64,000 bases of DNA from Camelus dromedarius (GCF_036321535.1 NC_087437.1:48424001-48488000); one strand, 5' to 3'; numbered from the stretch's first letter, positions 1 to 13,670 are shown. Made by a program: numbers and translations. Notes: generated by a model not told the origin, from the letters alone.

Positions 1-116
1 TATGAGAAACTTTTGTAAACTGTAACACACTTAACAAATGTTTGATACATTATTATGATACTTTGCGTCTCCTAATTCTATTGGGAATTTTTTTGTTTAT
101 GAACTTTTATTCACCT

Positions 117-733
117 TGTGTTTCAGGGGACCCCAAGACTACCACTAGGTTCAATGATTTACTAGAAGAACTCATAGAACTCAGAAAAGCTATTATATTC
201 ATGGTTGCAATTTGTTACAGAGAAAGGATACAGATTAAAGGATCAGCAAAAGCAAAAGCTGCGTAGGATGGAGTTCAGGAGAACCAGGTGCAAGTTATCC
301 TCTCCCATTAAAGTTGTAGAGACAGCACTTAATTCTCCCAGGAACAATGTGCAACAAGGTATATGATATATTGTCAACCAGAGAAGGCCACTACAACCTT
401 GGTGTCCAAGGTTTTTATTGGGAGTTGGTCACACAGGCATTCCATGCTTATGTGACTTAGCTAACTATTCAGTCTCCAACCTCTCCCGCACCCCCCAGAG
501 GTCAAACTGACATAGCATGGCTCTGGGTCGCAAGAGAATAAAAACAGGTATTTACTATAAATTTCATTGTTGGCATTAACTATCTTGTACAGTCCAAGGG
601 TTCAGGTATACAAAGATACTCTTTTCAGGCAAAACATTCCAAGGGCTCAGAGGGTGTCTCCAAGGAGCTAGTCAAGGGCCAGTCCTTTCTCTGGAATATG
701 CAGGACTTGAGCATGCCAAGCCCACTGACTACA
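117..733 (-). mobile_element. Solo ERVL LTR, MER77/MER21-group
   Basis: TG...CA ends; resembles recalled MER77 consensus (GGGGACCCCAAGACTACC...AAAGGATACAGATTAAA; GGTTTTTATTGG gives AATAAA on the minus strand); flanks cacct (112-116) and tacct (734-738) look like a 5-bp TSD. Confidence 0.75.
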
Positions 734-1439
734 TACCTTGTTTGGTAATATTCAGCTGTCCAACCATACTTAATGATTCTTGGGTGTCAGTGTAGGATCC
801 ATACTGTCTCCCTTGTATTTAGTTATTACTCAATAAATATTTGCATTTTTGCATCATTATATATCTTCTATTCATTACACTTCATATAGCAGATATATTG
901 TTCAGCTTTTGTTACGGCTTTTCTCTGAATGTTGATTCTTAGCCAAATTCTCCTCTTTATCACAATGACATATTTCTATAGATATTTCATCTAAAATCAT
1001 GGAGTTAGAACTATAGAGTGACTTTTTTTAACAGAAAGTGGTGATATGAAATGTGTACAGTGCTTATTTGCATTGTAAAACTAGAAGAAATAAATTTGAA
1101 ACCTGAGGTGTTTCTATGAGGCCTGATGAGTTCCCCCATCTATTTAGAATAAGAGCCTATGCTGAATATTGCATGTATATTTTGGTATTTATATCAAGTG
1201 GGAATTAAAAGAAGAAGTCACACCCATTATAAGTAGCCACAGTTAATATTTTTAAAGAAAGATAAAAAATGATTAGCTTTATGGAAACAAATATGCTTTA
1301 GCTAAAAATACTGTATTGAAAAATATTAAACCAGCTTCAAAGCTGGAGCCTGTCTGGAGTGAGAGGCAGACTAATGTCATGATAAAAGTATGTAACCCGG
1401 TATCAAGACTCCTGTTATGATAGAAGACACCTATAGGAA

Positions 1440-1686
1440 AACCATATTTCCCAGCTGTCCTGACATTTAGGTTGAGATCATTTCGTTAATTCTCTCATGT
1501 GGAATCTAATGTGTCACTTTTAGTCCCAGAAGGCTAAAAGCAAGTGGAGGCTACGTGTTCCATAGGGTGGGACTGCTTGACCTCTACTAGACTTTGTAAG
1601 AGAAGAAACAAATATTTGTGGTAAAGCCACTGCAATTTCAGGTCTTTTTTACTGCGGTCAAGCCTAGCGTGGCCCCGCTATTGTAC
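1440..1686 (+). mobile_element. MaLR LTR fragment (MLT1J/I-like)
   Basis: catatttcccagc...; 3' end gagaagaaacaaatatttgtggtaaagccactgcaatttcagg typical of old MLT1 LTRs. Confidence 0.55.
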
Positions 1687-2251
1687 CCAGGTCATAGTAA
1701 CAACCCTGCAATTAGCAGTAAACCAAAGGCACTATGTGCCAGCTCTTCAGCTTTCAGCTCACTGATGTATAACATGCACAGTCCAGACTAGCTCTCTCTA
1801 AGGTTCCTCTTCACTATAAATACAATTGTTCATTGTTAATTGCCTTTTGTATACCTCATTCTTTTTATATCCATCATTAAGATAACTAAGTTAGTTCCCT
1901 TCATTCTTCCCTGCTTGTGATGTGTCATGTTTGTGATATCAAAAAAATGAGAAAACTTAGTTCACCATAGTTTATGGAACTCCTTCAGCACAAAACAAAA
2001 GCAAAGAATGTTCTGCTGGGGTGCTTCACAGTGTCAGCACTGGCTCTAATGATAACACGGGTTTCTCCCGGCAGTGCTACTGTCCACTGTGACACTTAGA
2101 GTCAGTTCTGAATTTCCTTAACTATATCTGAAAATGTCTGGTTTCTATCTGAAAGGGGAGTTCACTGTACCTTTGAAGCAAATATGTAAGTATTACTATA
2201 CCAATTGTACTTTACAACTGCTTTTAAAACATTTAAATGCTGAACAGATAG

Positions 2252-2565
2252 TGTGGCAGATGATCTGTGGTTTCCTGGACATCATTGCCTACCCATTTCT
2301 ACATCTCTTCTGTATCACAGGTAAGACATCCAAACTACATTTCCCAGAATCCCCAGCAATAGAAGTCAGATTCTGACGATGAGAAGCACTTAGAGTAGAT
2401 TTAGAATCTGGAAGAGAAGAAGCCAGTAGTCTCTGCTGGCATGTGAGCAGATGCAGGAGGCTAGCAGAGGCCTCGGACAAACTCCAGAGAATCATTCACT
2501 TCAAGACCCCAGCTGGAATACTTAAAAGTAACATCCGTTTTTCTGATTGAAACCTGACCGATACA
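2252..2565 (+). mobile_element. Solo ERVL LTR, LTR33-like, probably internally deleted
   Basis: TGTGGCAGATG...CTGACCGATACA ends; aaactacatttcccaga motif; perfect 5-bp TSD gatag (2247-2251 and 2566-2570). Confidence 0.75.
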
Positions 2566-3638
2566 GATAGCACCTGTAACATTAGTGAAGAACCTAAGAT
2601 CTTCTTCGAATTATTTACAACAATAGAGTAGGAATAAAAAATTAAATTCTATTGAAAGATTAGAATATTTTCAACCCTTTCTCTTAAAATCCATTTCAAA
2701 CTATACTAAAGAAATTTTTATTTGATTGCAGTTTAATTCCCTTTTGATTATATTTAATGTTCTTTCTTTATCTTTCTTTCTCTTTAAGCCTAGTGTTATT
2801 TTTGAACTATTGTATAGGCTCTTAAAATGAAGCTGGAAATAATGAATGCCCACCAAAAGAAAATTTAAATTATCTGTTATAAATTGTACTTGGCCTGTCA
2901 TTATAGATTCTTAAAGGTGCCTTAGCAGAGATAGAATACCAGAGAGACTAATTTTTAAAATATTTCCCCAAGATACCATAAATCTGCCAATTAAGTCAAG
3001 AAACATTTATTGAGCACCTATACTGGTTGTGCTCTCTAGAAACTGAAAATTTAGTCGGCAAGAAAAATGCAAGCATGGAAATGTAGAAAACAATAAAACA
3101 TATTTAAATAATACTTCAAGACAACAGTCGAAACATTGCAAGGTAATGAATGAGTCATTGTTCACGTCATTAACCAGAAGACTCAGAACCTGTAGGGTCC
3201 TCACACGCACATTTCCCCTGCCTTGACAAGGAAATTAATCTGTTCATATTAGTTTGAGTGTTAAATATTGCACAAGAAACCATGATTAAGGAACCATGAT
3301 CACCCTACAAAATATTTCCAACTGGTTTGAGATGTTACCAGGAGAGGTCTTCAGGCTTGACAATGGACCAGATGTCAATGATAAATTAAGCCCATTCAAG
3401 ACAGAAACCACCTACCTATCAATATCCTCTCTCATAGTCAATTCCTCTTTTACCTTTAATACTTCTATTTTAAACTTTGCATTGAGTGCGCCTTGACTTT
3501 ATGAACAGAACTTCACCCATTAGTGGACTGGAGAAATCACCCTCACTACAGCACAGTCAGCCTGCTGAGAAAGAGTTAAATTCAAAGAGAAGGAAAACAA
3601 AGAAGATCACAAAGCCTGCCCTAGTTACCTCAACTCAC

Positions 3639-3889
3639 CTGCTCTCCCTTTATCCATATGCTCACGGCACTTTAATCTATTATATGTCCATTTGTCCTTT
3701 TTAATCCTTAATGATACGGAGTATATTTATCCCTTGAGTATGGAGACAAGCACAAATGGTCCTTAAGTTTTTCTCCTGTTCTGTATTCCTCCCACTTGCT
3801 AATTCTATCCTTAAGTCAAACTCCAAAAGTAATCCAGATTTCAGGAAGGGGGGAATTTGGCTTGATTCCAACTTTCTGGGTTTTATCAT
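3639..3889 (-). other. Candidate exon, 251 nt (likely non-coding or UTR)
   Basis: Acceptor ttgactatttacttcccag|ATG, consensus donor CAG|gtgagt; contains ORF 3701..3889, which I do not recognise. Confidence 0.25.
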
Positions 3890-4112
3890 CTGGGAAGTAA
3901 ATAGTCAAATAGAAGATTTGCAATTCCTGTCTCCCATTCCTGTCCCATTGGCAGGGGATGCTTCCAGGGGGAAAAAAAAAGATGACCTGGTCAAATATCC
4001 TTGTAAATATGCTAAGGCTAATGACTTCTAGCAAAGTAATGGCATTTACTAACAGGACAGTCCTCATCTGTAGCAGGATATACCTGTTATATGATTATTT
4101 ATGATAACATAC

Positions 4113-4143
4113 CTGGAATCTATGGATTTATAGACATGGCTTC
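4113..4143 (-). pseudogene. Candidate exon 5 of the disabled minus-strand gene, 31 nt, (G)SHVYKSIDS
   Basis: gtttctgtgacattttctag|GAAG...CCAG|gtatgt; open only in phase 1, which matches the end phase of exon 32349-32378. Confidence 0.3.
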
Positions 4144-5114
4144 CTAGAAAATGTCACAGAAACTATGCAACTCTCTGAGTATAAAATGGAGTACAAAATG
4201 TCATGGCCCAAATAGCTCTTTCTCCATAAGTGACTTAACTGCACACCTCATTGGAGATCTGGGACCAGGAAACATCCTGATGCAGCCAAAAAAAGGACCC
4301 AGTAAGGTGCACTATTTCAGATGTCTCCCTCTGTTTCACCTGTGTCTCATGATTACTTGTGTCTGAAATCATTAGTAAAACTTGTTCCTGGCCAGAATCT
4401 CTGATTTGTGTGTCCAATTTGATAATCCAGTTCTTTGTATTATCTCACCATCTAATCACACTTCTGCTTCTCTGACTCTAGCCTTGAGCTCAGCCTTGAA
4501 AAAAGTACTCTACTTAATTCTTGGGATCCCATCCCTTCTCTACATCCTAGCTCTGCTAACTAGCTCTTCTCTGATTTCTCTCTCCTGAAACCCTCTCTTG
4601 ATAAACTTGAGGACCTCAGACTTTGCAGGACTAAAGTCCTGCATTTTTCATGCTAGTCTCTACCAGAGATTTGAGGGTTGTTGTTGTTGTTGTTTTAACA
4701 ACCTAGCACAATGACTATCAACTTTGTGTCTGTGGAAAGATATGACTGGTTTGACTTATATCCCTGACTCTTAAGAATAGCACCCACTCCTGGAGTTAGT
4801 GGGCTCTTTCCATATTTTGAGTCTCATGTTGTACCCACACTGGGTCCCTTGTATGCTGAATCTTCCAGAGGGCTCTGCCAACCTTAGATACTATGTTCTG
4901 ATATCTCTCCAACAACCATGGCTGGCCTTCTTCCCACCTAGATAGTAACAGTAATTGCAGGTTCAGCCCTCCTCTATCAGCTCCTGTTATGCCCTTATAT
5001 GTGATAGGTACTGTATCCTACAATTAATTTATATCCCACCTAGTCCACAGAACACATAATAGATATATAATAACTGCTCATGGATAGAGATAAGACAAAG
5101 AACCCACATAATGA

Positions 5115-6005
5115 CTACAAATTATTTATACTTTCTATGTACCAGGCATAGTGTAAGGAACATTACTGTGTGTAATTTTTGCATTTTTATTTTTATTTTA
5201 TTTTTTATTGAAGTGTAGCTGATTTACAGTGTTAGTTTCAGGTGTATAGCAAAGCAATTCAATTATACATCTACACATATACATATTTTCTTTTTAGATT
5301 ATTTTCCATTATATGACTTTATAAGAAATTGAATATAGTTCCCTGTGCTATAAAGTAGGTCCTTGTTGTTTATTATGTAATGTGTATCTGTTAATTCTGA
5401 ACTAATTTATCCCTCCCCCACCCTTTCCCCTTTGGTAACCACATTGTTTTCTATGTCCATGAGTCTGTTTTTGGTTTGTAAATAGAATTTGTATCATTTT
5501 TTTTAGATTCCACATGTAAGTGATATCATATGATATTTATTTTTCTCTGTCTGACTTACTTTACTTAATATGATAATCTTTAGGTTCATCCATGTTGCTG
5601 CAAATGGCATTATTTCATTCTTTTTATGACTGAGTAACAGTCCATTGTATATATACCCACATCTTCTTTATCCAGTTATCTGTCGATGGACATTTAGATT
5701 GTTTCCATGCCTTGGCTATTGTAAATAGTGCTGCTATGAATATTGGGGTGCATGCGTCTTTTCATATCATAGTTTTCTCTGGATATATGCCCAGAAGTGG
5801 GATTGCTGGATCATTGATAAGTCTATTTTTAGTTTTTTAAGGAACCTCCATATTGTCCTCCATAATAGCTGCACCAATTTACATCCCACCAACTGTGTAG
5901 GAGGGTTCCTTTTTCTCCTACTGTATGTAATTTTAAATCCTAAAAAAAATTCTGCAAATGGACTATTATTTTAGTGATGAAGAAAATGAGACTTAAAAAT
6001 GATCT
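5115..6005 (-). mobile_element. MIR split in two (about 5115-5179 and 5935-6005) by a young L1
   Basis: ctatgtaccaggcatagtgtaagg...|...aaatcctaaaa...gatgaagaaaatgagact is a continuous MIR core once the L1 is removed. Confidence 0.6.
5180..5918 (-). mobile_element. 5'-truncated young cetartiodactyl-type L1 (3' UTR and ORF2 end)
   Basis: T-rich tail then ttattgaagtgtagctgatttacag; 16-bp TSD tactgtRtgtaatttt (5164-5179 and 5919-5934, 1 mismatch); TTTT/AA endonuclease site. Confidence 0.92.
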
Positions 6006-6835
6006 GATTTAGGGTATGAATAAAGACGGCACAGGATTCCTGTGATCTAGCAGAAACAAAGGAAGGAAAAGCATGTGACAGAAATCATGTCATATTAATT
6101 TCTTTCCTAGTTCATTTAAATTCTTTGTGAAGAGGGTCTCACTATTTTTTAAATTGCTTTGTTTCCTATTTATTGTTTTCTAACATAATGAAAAAATTCA
6201 ATTTAGTCATGAGCCACATGGTTTTCATTTGGAGGGTCCAAATTAGAAGAAGTCACATAGCTCCAGACCCACCTCAGAAAAGTTATTTACAATTATTTGC
6301 ACTGCAATCCTTTCAGTAATGGATTTTCACACTCATTCATGGAACTTAATTCAGAGGCTCAAGTGAGAAGTTCTGTTTTTACATTTAACCACTGAAGAGA
6401 AAGCATATTTGGTATACTTGGCAGAAATATCTTCAAAAATGAACATGGAAATGTACTGATCATTAGTCAAAAAAGAATATCTACCTTTTAATTCAGATAA
6501 ATGTAGAAACTCATCTACCCAATTCTGAGGTCTTTGAGAAACCCCAATTCATTTCTTTAGTCGCTAGACACTAGATATATTTTGGCACTATATCTTAATC
6601 TCCTGAGTGATATATATATATATATATATATTTTTCAGTGCCCAGGAAATATGCATTAGTGATTTAATAATGTTCCTTAACAAATGTTTGCCAAGTAAGC
6701 TGAAAACAACTTGCCTCTCGAGGAGGAAGGGATGGACTAGTGAGAGAAAGAAGGAATGTAACAACCTTTCATAATTTCTCCTTTTTCTAAGCTCCTGTAG
6801 CAACTATTAGACGTAATTCATTTAGCCAACGAACA

Positions 6836-7100
6836 CTTATTTAATATCTACTATGTGTTCAGAGGGGAATAAGAGGTGGTAAGAAAGACATTATCTCTGT
6901 CCTTTTGAAACTTACAGCATAGTAGGGGAGACAGTAAACCAACCACAAAGACTAAAAAGAAAAGTGCTATACAGGGAAAGCAAAAGATGCTATGAGACCA
7001 GTTAACAAACAGACCTAACCTAATACAGAGTCTGGGAAGGCATCTATTAGAAAGTGATACTGAAGCTAAAAAGAATGGGAATTAGCCAGGCTTCAAAATG
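6836..7100 (-). mobile_element. L2 3' fragment
   Basis: ttcatttagccaacgaacacttatt...ctactatgtg...cttacagcatagtaggggagacag. Confidence 0.65.
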
Positions 7101-7129
7101 TGTTAGGGAGGCTGAAGGAGGATTAAAAA

Positions 7130-7890
7130 GATCTAAGGAACTTTTGAAACTTTATAAAGTTTAACTATATATCCTGAATCAAAAGAAAATAAAAAATTAA
7201 AACAAATATTGAACTCTTTTTAGTAGACTTATTTTTTATAGCAGTATAGCAATTCTGAAACTTTTTGATTGTACTGTAGAAGAGAAAAATTAAGTAAACA
7301 TATTGATGTTAAGAACCAGGGTTCTCACTGCAAAAGGGAGATATAAATGGAATAAGGGTAGTAAAGAAAGAACCCTATGGAGTTTGCAATGGAATGGGAG
7401 ATCTCAGTATTAAATATGTGTATGCGTGTGGTGGAGAGTATGTATTTTGTAGCTTTCTTTGCTGAAAAGAAGCAATAAGACCCATTAGCAAGGAGTAGAA
7501 CTAGCACACAGATCTCCATTTCTAAATAACTTTCCACACTTATAAGGATCCAGAGCTCCTTTGAAAATAAGAAAGGTGCTAAAAAATATAGAGATGTGAT
7601 AAAGGGACCAGAACCCCTTTAAAAGAGGCCCACTGGCCACATCTGCAGCAATTTAGCATCAAACTAGAGACAGTAACTCACTGAATAAAATAAGAATCCA
7701 TGACTCCATATTGATGATGATAATGATGACAGACAGTAGATAGATAGACAGAAGAAAAAGTTGCTACTTATAATAACCAGAGGGAATAATGAATTTAGAA
7801 AATTATAATTTTTATATTCATAATATATGTAAAAAATTGATTCAGGCAAAATCAATAACTAGCTGATTACTATAAAGCTTTGGAGGTAAG
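7130..7890 (+). mobile_element. Ancient L1 3' UTR (L1MC3/L1MD-like)
   Basis: gaaccagggttctcactg, ccagagctccttt, gaggcccactggcca, gaataaaataagaatccatgactccata motifs. Confidence 0.7.
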
Positions 7891-9435
7891 GGCTATTGAA
7901 AAGAGCAATAACCAGCAGAGTCTGGCATCAGGTAGAACTTACCTATCTATCTATCTTTTAATTTTTATTATACATATATATGTATTTATATTTATTATTT
8001 ATAGAATTTAAACTTATCTGTCAAAAGAAAACCCTCTGAAAGAACACCCTTGGTTTCCATCCATGAACTGACACAGGAGGAGAAATGTGCATCTCACCAC
8101 ATGCAACGTTTCAATGCAAATCCAATTGGCAAGTACCAAGCATGACCATTTGTTATACAATATAGGCACAGAGCCCAGGGACTCTGAGCTTTTTAAGGGC
8201 TTACACGAACACTGGAAACATGAAAAATATATATGCCTTGGTTTCAAAATATGAAAAGAAGTGAAGTCTAAATCTATAAATAATTAAACATTTAAATAAA
8301 TTATAACATGTCAGCTTCATTCTTAGAATTCACAAACATTGTCTTTATATTTGAAAGCAATTTTTAGGTTAGACTTTCTGACTTAATTAGGAATTCCCTA
8401 GTTTATATAAGTATTGTAAAGAAATCAGAACTGATTTTACCTAAATGAATTACTTAAAACTCTGTCTTCTACCATCTTCTACAGGGCTTTCTCCTACGTA
8501 ATGATGGTATCAGTTAAGACAGATGAGGTAACATGGATGAACATTTCATTTATGCACAACTAAGTTGGTAGAGAATACAACATCCTTGGTAAGCAAGGTG
8601 TTTCTAAGCTTGCAGGCCCCAATTTAACCCAATATCCCAAATTATTCTTATGCTTATCCTTTGTTGAATAAACTCTTTCCAAAATCGCAAAAACTTCCCT
8701 CCAGATTGGGGGAGGGGGTAATATGTGGTTCCACCTCTAATTATTACTTTTGTTATTTTCATGGAAGCATCTCACAGTATAATAACATTATTATAATGTA
8801 GGGTTTAGTTACCAAAGTAGCCAGAAGGGGTGACTGTGTAGCTTATTCTTAGTTAGATCCTCTCCTCTGTTTGGTCAAAATTTAATTGTGTTCTTGATTC
8901 ACTCTTCTTGTGATGGCAAGAACACTACAGTTTTCAGTTTCCTTCTCCTTATTTTGTGCATTATTAAAAGATATTTCCAACCTACACACTTTTTCTTGAA
9001 TGTACTAATAATGCATTCTATTTTACCTATCAAGCGTTTATACCCTCTTCTTCTTCAACATAACAAATCCTCTTTTTGATCAGTTTTGCCACTTGATAGT
9101 AGTCAGATAACTCCTAAATGAGGATTTGTAATGTTTTCCCAATCTAACTGGTAAAAAACATATTTAACATGGTATGTGAGATATGCTGATATTTTGATAC
9201 AATACAGGTTTGGACTTCTAAAATAAGTGGGCCTGTGGCCTTTGAAGGTCTTTAAATGGCCCTAATGTAAATAGTGAGCTAGAGAGTTCATACAGTTATT
9301 CAACAATTAGTTGAGAGTCCACTATATTCCAGAAGCTCTGTTAGGTATTACGGGGCATACAAATAACTGGTAAGTACTACTTATGTCTCTTAGGAGCCAG
9401 CAACATAGTGAGGGAGTATGCAAGTGATTGAGTAA

Positions 9436-9842
9436 TTGTTTATTGATATTTGTTCTCATTCTTTAGCACATCAATAAGCTACTATCAGAGCACTCCTTCA
9501 GTTTGATGGACCATGGAACTGAGCTTCTCCAGTGGCATGTGGGCAGGAGGCATGCCAGCACTTCCACACATGGCCACTGAAGCCTCATGTAGATATCCTC
9601 ACTCTCTCTTTTTCTCTTACACTGCTGACTGGATGTGGAGAATCCACTGGAGGCTTCTGAAGCCTGAGGGGCTAGTGGTTGCACTAAATTTAATAAGCCT
9701 AGATCGCCGAATAGCTGCATGTATCAGAGTCCCTCTCCCTCATGGTTACGTACTATAAGATGAGCAAGAATTAAACTTTGATTCTTTATAACACTGAAAT
9801 TAAAGGTAGTTTGTTACGGCAGTTAGTATATCTTGAATAACA
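9436..9842 (+). mobile_element. MaLR LTR (MLT1H/I/J-like), adjacent to an L2 fragment at about 9290-9430
   Basis: 3' end gatgagcaagaattaaactttgatt...aacactgaaatt...tttgttacggcagttagta...aataaca. Confidence 0.6.
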
Positions 9843-10364
9843 TAGGGAGATTAAATTTAATGTCACATAACTTCAATTTTTAAAAACTGTTACAATACAG
9901 AAGTTTGAAGTGCTAGAAATAATTTCAGTTTGGAAGGGTGAAATAGGGATGGTCATTCTAACAATGAGTAATAATATCTGAGGCAACTGCTGATAGACTG
10001 CCACAGTCCCCACCATGTACAAATCTCCCTCTTCTTGTCTCTCCTCTCTTATCATTTACTTGAATGTGTATCTTCCCATTTCATTTTTCCTTCTTCTTAG
10101 CCTTAGTTTTTCAAGATCTGAAAATAAGCCCCTTATACTACATTTTATCTATCTTTCTAGGTTTATATTTTTTAATTTACTATCATCTTTTTATGCATAG
10201 ATATTATTCTGTTAATTATATATCATTCTCATTTCCATTTAACTAAGTCCTCTAGGGCATACAAAGCTTTGTTCACATGTATTATCTGAGTTATTTTATG
10301 TATTTATTACTAAATATTAACTCTCTGCCAATTACCAATCTTAGGGAGAGAGACAGATTGTAGG

Positions 10365-10590
10365 ATTTGGTTTAATGGTTAAAGACATGAACTTCTAGGT
10401 CATATTTATTTTGAGTTTAAATCTCTGCTTTACCACTTACTATGTGACCTTGGATAAATTATTTAAGCCTTAAGTTTCTTATCTCTAAAGCAGCAATATG
10501 CCTGCTTCATAGAACTGATATATGGCTTAACTGAAATAGTATACAGAAACACCAAGTTTATAGTGGAGACCTAATAAATGGTAGTTACCA
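10365..10590 (+). mobile_element. MIR SINE
   Basis: aatggttaaagacatg...accacttactatgtgaccttggataaattatttaa...aataaatggtagtta. Confidence 0.75.
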
Positions 10591-10649
10591 ATATCATTAT
10601 TACCATGGTTACAACCAATATTAATATATCTAAATTTTAAAAACCCTAC

Positions 10650-13074
10650 CGACAAGGAGGCCTGTATCTAGTAATGGCCCTATAAATGGTCATAATCAGT
10701 AAAACAAGGGAAAAGACAGGACTGTGGGATGCATCTGGGCAGAGCTACAGATACCTACACAGGCAGCACATCAGACCTCTGCAAGTACATGAGCCCCACT
10801 TGCTTTCAGACTCCCCTCCTCTGGGGCAAAGCCTTCAATGTAGGGAGAAGGGAAGACACACACATAAAGGGAAGTGAGCCAGCTTGAGCCCAATTCTCAG
10901 GGCTTTGCTCCAGCAACTTGGGAGCAGACTCCACCCTTAACAGGGAAGTGAGGACCACTGAGCAGAGAGGAAGTCCCATGTCACACCCAAAGCAGACTCT
11001 AGCTCCTCCATCACAAATCATGCCTCCAACCAAGATGGCCAGCACACTCTGAAGGTGAGACTAATGTCTGCATCAAATCCAGTCCTTCCACAAAAAGCAC
11101 TGGACAAACACAATCTATACAGGGACACTCCTACTTAAGAGCACTCCTAAAAAACTACAATAGGTAACTGTTTCACCTAAATTCAGAGACAGAGAAAGTT
11201 AAGTAAAATGAAAAGACAGAAGAATAATTCTCTATTGAAAGAGCAAGAGAAAACCACCAAGGAAAAAATAATAAACAGAGATAAACTGTTTACTAGACAA
11301 AGAATTTAATATATTGATAATAAAAATGCTAACTGAATTAGAGAAAAGAATTGACCTAAACATGGGTCCTTTTAACAAGGAACTAGAAAACATAAAGAAG
11401 AACAATCAAAAATAGATAATTCAATATTTGAGATAGAAAGCACTCTAGAAGCAATAAATAGCAGACAAAATGATACAAAAGAAGGCATAAGTGATCTGGA
11501 AGTCAGTAACAGTAATCATCCAACTGGAATAGCAGACAGAAAGACAAATTTAAAAAATGAAATCAGCATATGAGATCCATGGGATAACATAAAATGTGCC
11601 AACATTCACTTTAAAAAGTCTCCAGAAGAAGAGAGAAAGAAGGGTATTGAAAATGTATTTGAAGAAATTATGACTGAAAACTTCCCAAATCTAAAGAAGG
11701 AAGCAGGTATCAAGGAAGCACTGAAGGTCCTAAACAAGATGAACGCAAGCAGACCCACACCAAGACATATCATAATTAAAATGGCAAAAGTTAAAGATAA
11801 AAAGAGAATTCTAAAAGCAGCAAGAGAAAAAACAAAGAGTCATATACAAGGGAATAGTGGTATATCAGCTGACTTTTTAGCAGAAACTTTGCAGGCCAGA
11901 AGGGAGTGGCATGATATAGCCAAGGTGATGAAAGGAAATACCTGCAACCCAGGTATTACGTAGAACAGGAGGAGAGACAAAAAAACCTCTCACACAAACA
12001 AAAACGAAAAGGATTCAGCAATACAAAACCTACCCTAAAAGAAACTTCAAAGAATCTTCTCTAAATGGAAGAAAAGTATCTATGGGAAAGGGAAAAATCA
12101 CCACAGAAAAGGCAAATATATAATAAGGATTGCAGATCACTTAAATAAGCCAGTACATAGATTTAAAAGACAAAAAAAAAAAAAAAAGTAAAAACAACTA
12201 TAGCTACAAAAAACAGTAAAGGGTTAAGCATGAAGTTGTAAAATATGACATCAAAAACGCAAAATGTGGAGGAGGGGAATTAAAAATGTAGATCTTTTAG
12301 AATGTATTTGAACCAAAATGACTATCAGTTTAAAACAAGCAAATACAATTAAGGGTCAACATATATGAACCCCATGGTAACCACAGATCAAAAACCTACA
12401 ATAGACACACAGAAACTAAGAAAGAAACCTAAGTATACTACAAAAGAAAATCATCAAAACACAATAGGAGAAACAAACAAACGAACAAAACCCAAGAAAT
12501 GAACAGAGAAAAACTACAAAAACAATTGGAAAACAAGGAATAAAATGCCAATACATTCACTATCAATAATTACTTCAAATGTCAATGAGCTAAATGCTCC
12601 AATCAAAAGACATAGGGTGGCTGACTGGGAAAAAAAAAGAGCCTTCAATATACTGCCTACTAAAGATTCACTTTAGGGCAAAAGAAAACCACAGACTGAA
12701 AATGGAGGGATGGAAAAAGGTATTTCTTGCAAACAGAAACTATAAGAAATTAGGGGTAGCAATACTCATATTGGACAAAATTGACTTAAAAATAAAGGCT
12801 ATAACAAAAGACAAAGCTATATATATAGATATATTTCAGAAATCTATTTCATTTCTATACACTAACAATGAAATATAAGAAAGAGAAAATAAGGAAATAA
12901 ACCCAATTACTATCACTTCCAAAAGAATCAAATACCTAGGAATAAACCTACCTACAGAGGTAAAAGACCTGTACTAGAAAACTATAAGACACTGATGAAA
13001 GAAGAAATTGAAGATGACACAAAAAGATGGAAAGGTATACAATGTTCTTGGATTAGAAGGATTAATATTGTTAG
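10650..13074 (+). mobile_element. L1 5' portion: 5' UTR, decayed ORF1 (about 11208-12070), ORF2 start (12545) with a large internal deletion; 3' end missing
   Basis: ORF1 motifs MKRQKN, ENFPNL, RPTPRHIIIKMAK, ISADFLAETLQARREW; ORF2 endonuclease start then post-RT QKS.SFLYTNNE and IKYLGINL; multiple stops and frameshifts. Confidence 0.92.
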
Positions 13075-13079
13075 AAACA

Positions 13080-13670
13080 CAGCTTTTTTATGTTCAATAT
13101 GGTAAAATCAACTGTAGTCTTAATGTTGGCCAAAAGGAGTCACTTCATTTGGTTCCCACTTTCTTTTGGTATGACTCCATTAGTCTTTGATAGATTCTTT
13201 GCTTTTCAGCACAATGAAATATTACAGGTTCATCCTGAACATTCCTGTCCCACATATGGAATCAGCCATTTCCCCCAAGGAGCTCTGATTCCTTTTAGCA
13301 GAGGAATTTCAACACTACAATTTAGGCATTCTGAATGCTCACTGCTCCTGAGAAGTCATATCTCCATGCCTTTTCAGTGGACACAGTTGGGAAACACTTA
13401 TTTTTATAAGATGAGAGAAAAAAAGTCATGAGTTCTGCCTAATATTTCCAATTGAAATTTAAAGTCACAGGACTTTTACTTAACATCATTGATTCTCGAG
13501 CTCTGTCTCTGAAAATCTTGATTCTTAACAACATTAACATAATTACTTATTTGATTTTTCCTATTATATACACATATATGTATGTGCATATACTCAAAAA
13601 AATCATTGATATTATCACTAACAATAAAAATTTTGACTGTAGGTTAAGATTTCTTTGCATTTCAGTACCT
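13080..13670 (-). mobile_element. L1MC4-like 3' UTR fragment (a further similar piece at about 14380-14560)
   Basis: ggaatcagccatttccccaaggagctctgattccttttag; ccttttcagtggacacag. Confidence 0.7.

Noticed and set aside
4624..4643. 9-bp inverted repeat tgcaggact-aa-agtcctgca
   Set aside because: Too short for a pre-miRNA or MITE; a few such stems occur by chance.
8485..8527. 43-nt plus-strand exon candidate (AFSYVMMVSVKTDE)
   Set aside because: Isolated, moderate donor, no partner exon; expected by chance in 64 kb.
11670..12878. ORF1- and ORF2-like ORFs as functional CDS
   Set aside because: Fragments of a decayed L1 with stops, frameshifts and deletions; the same applies to 25666..26076 and neighbouring ORFs.
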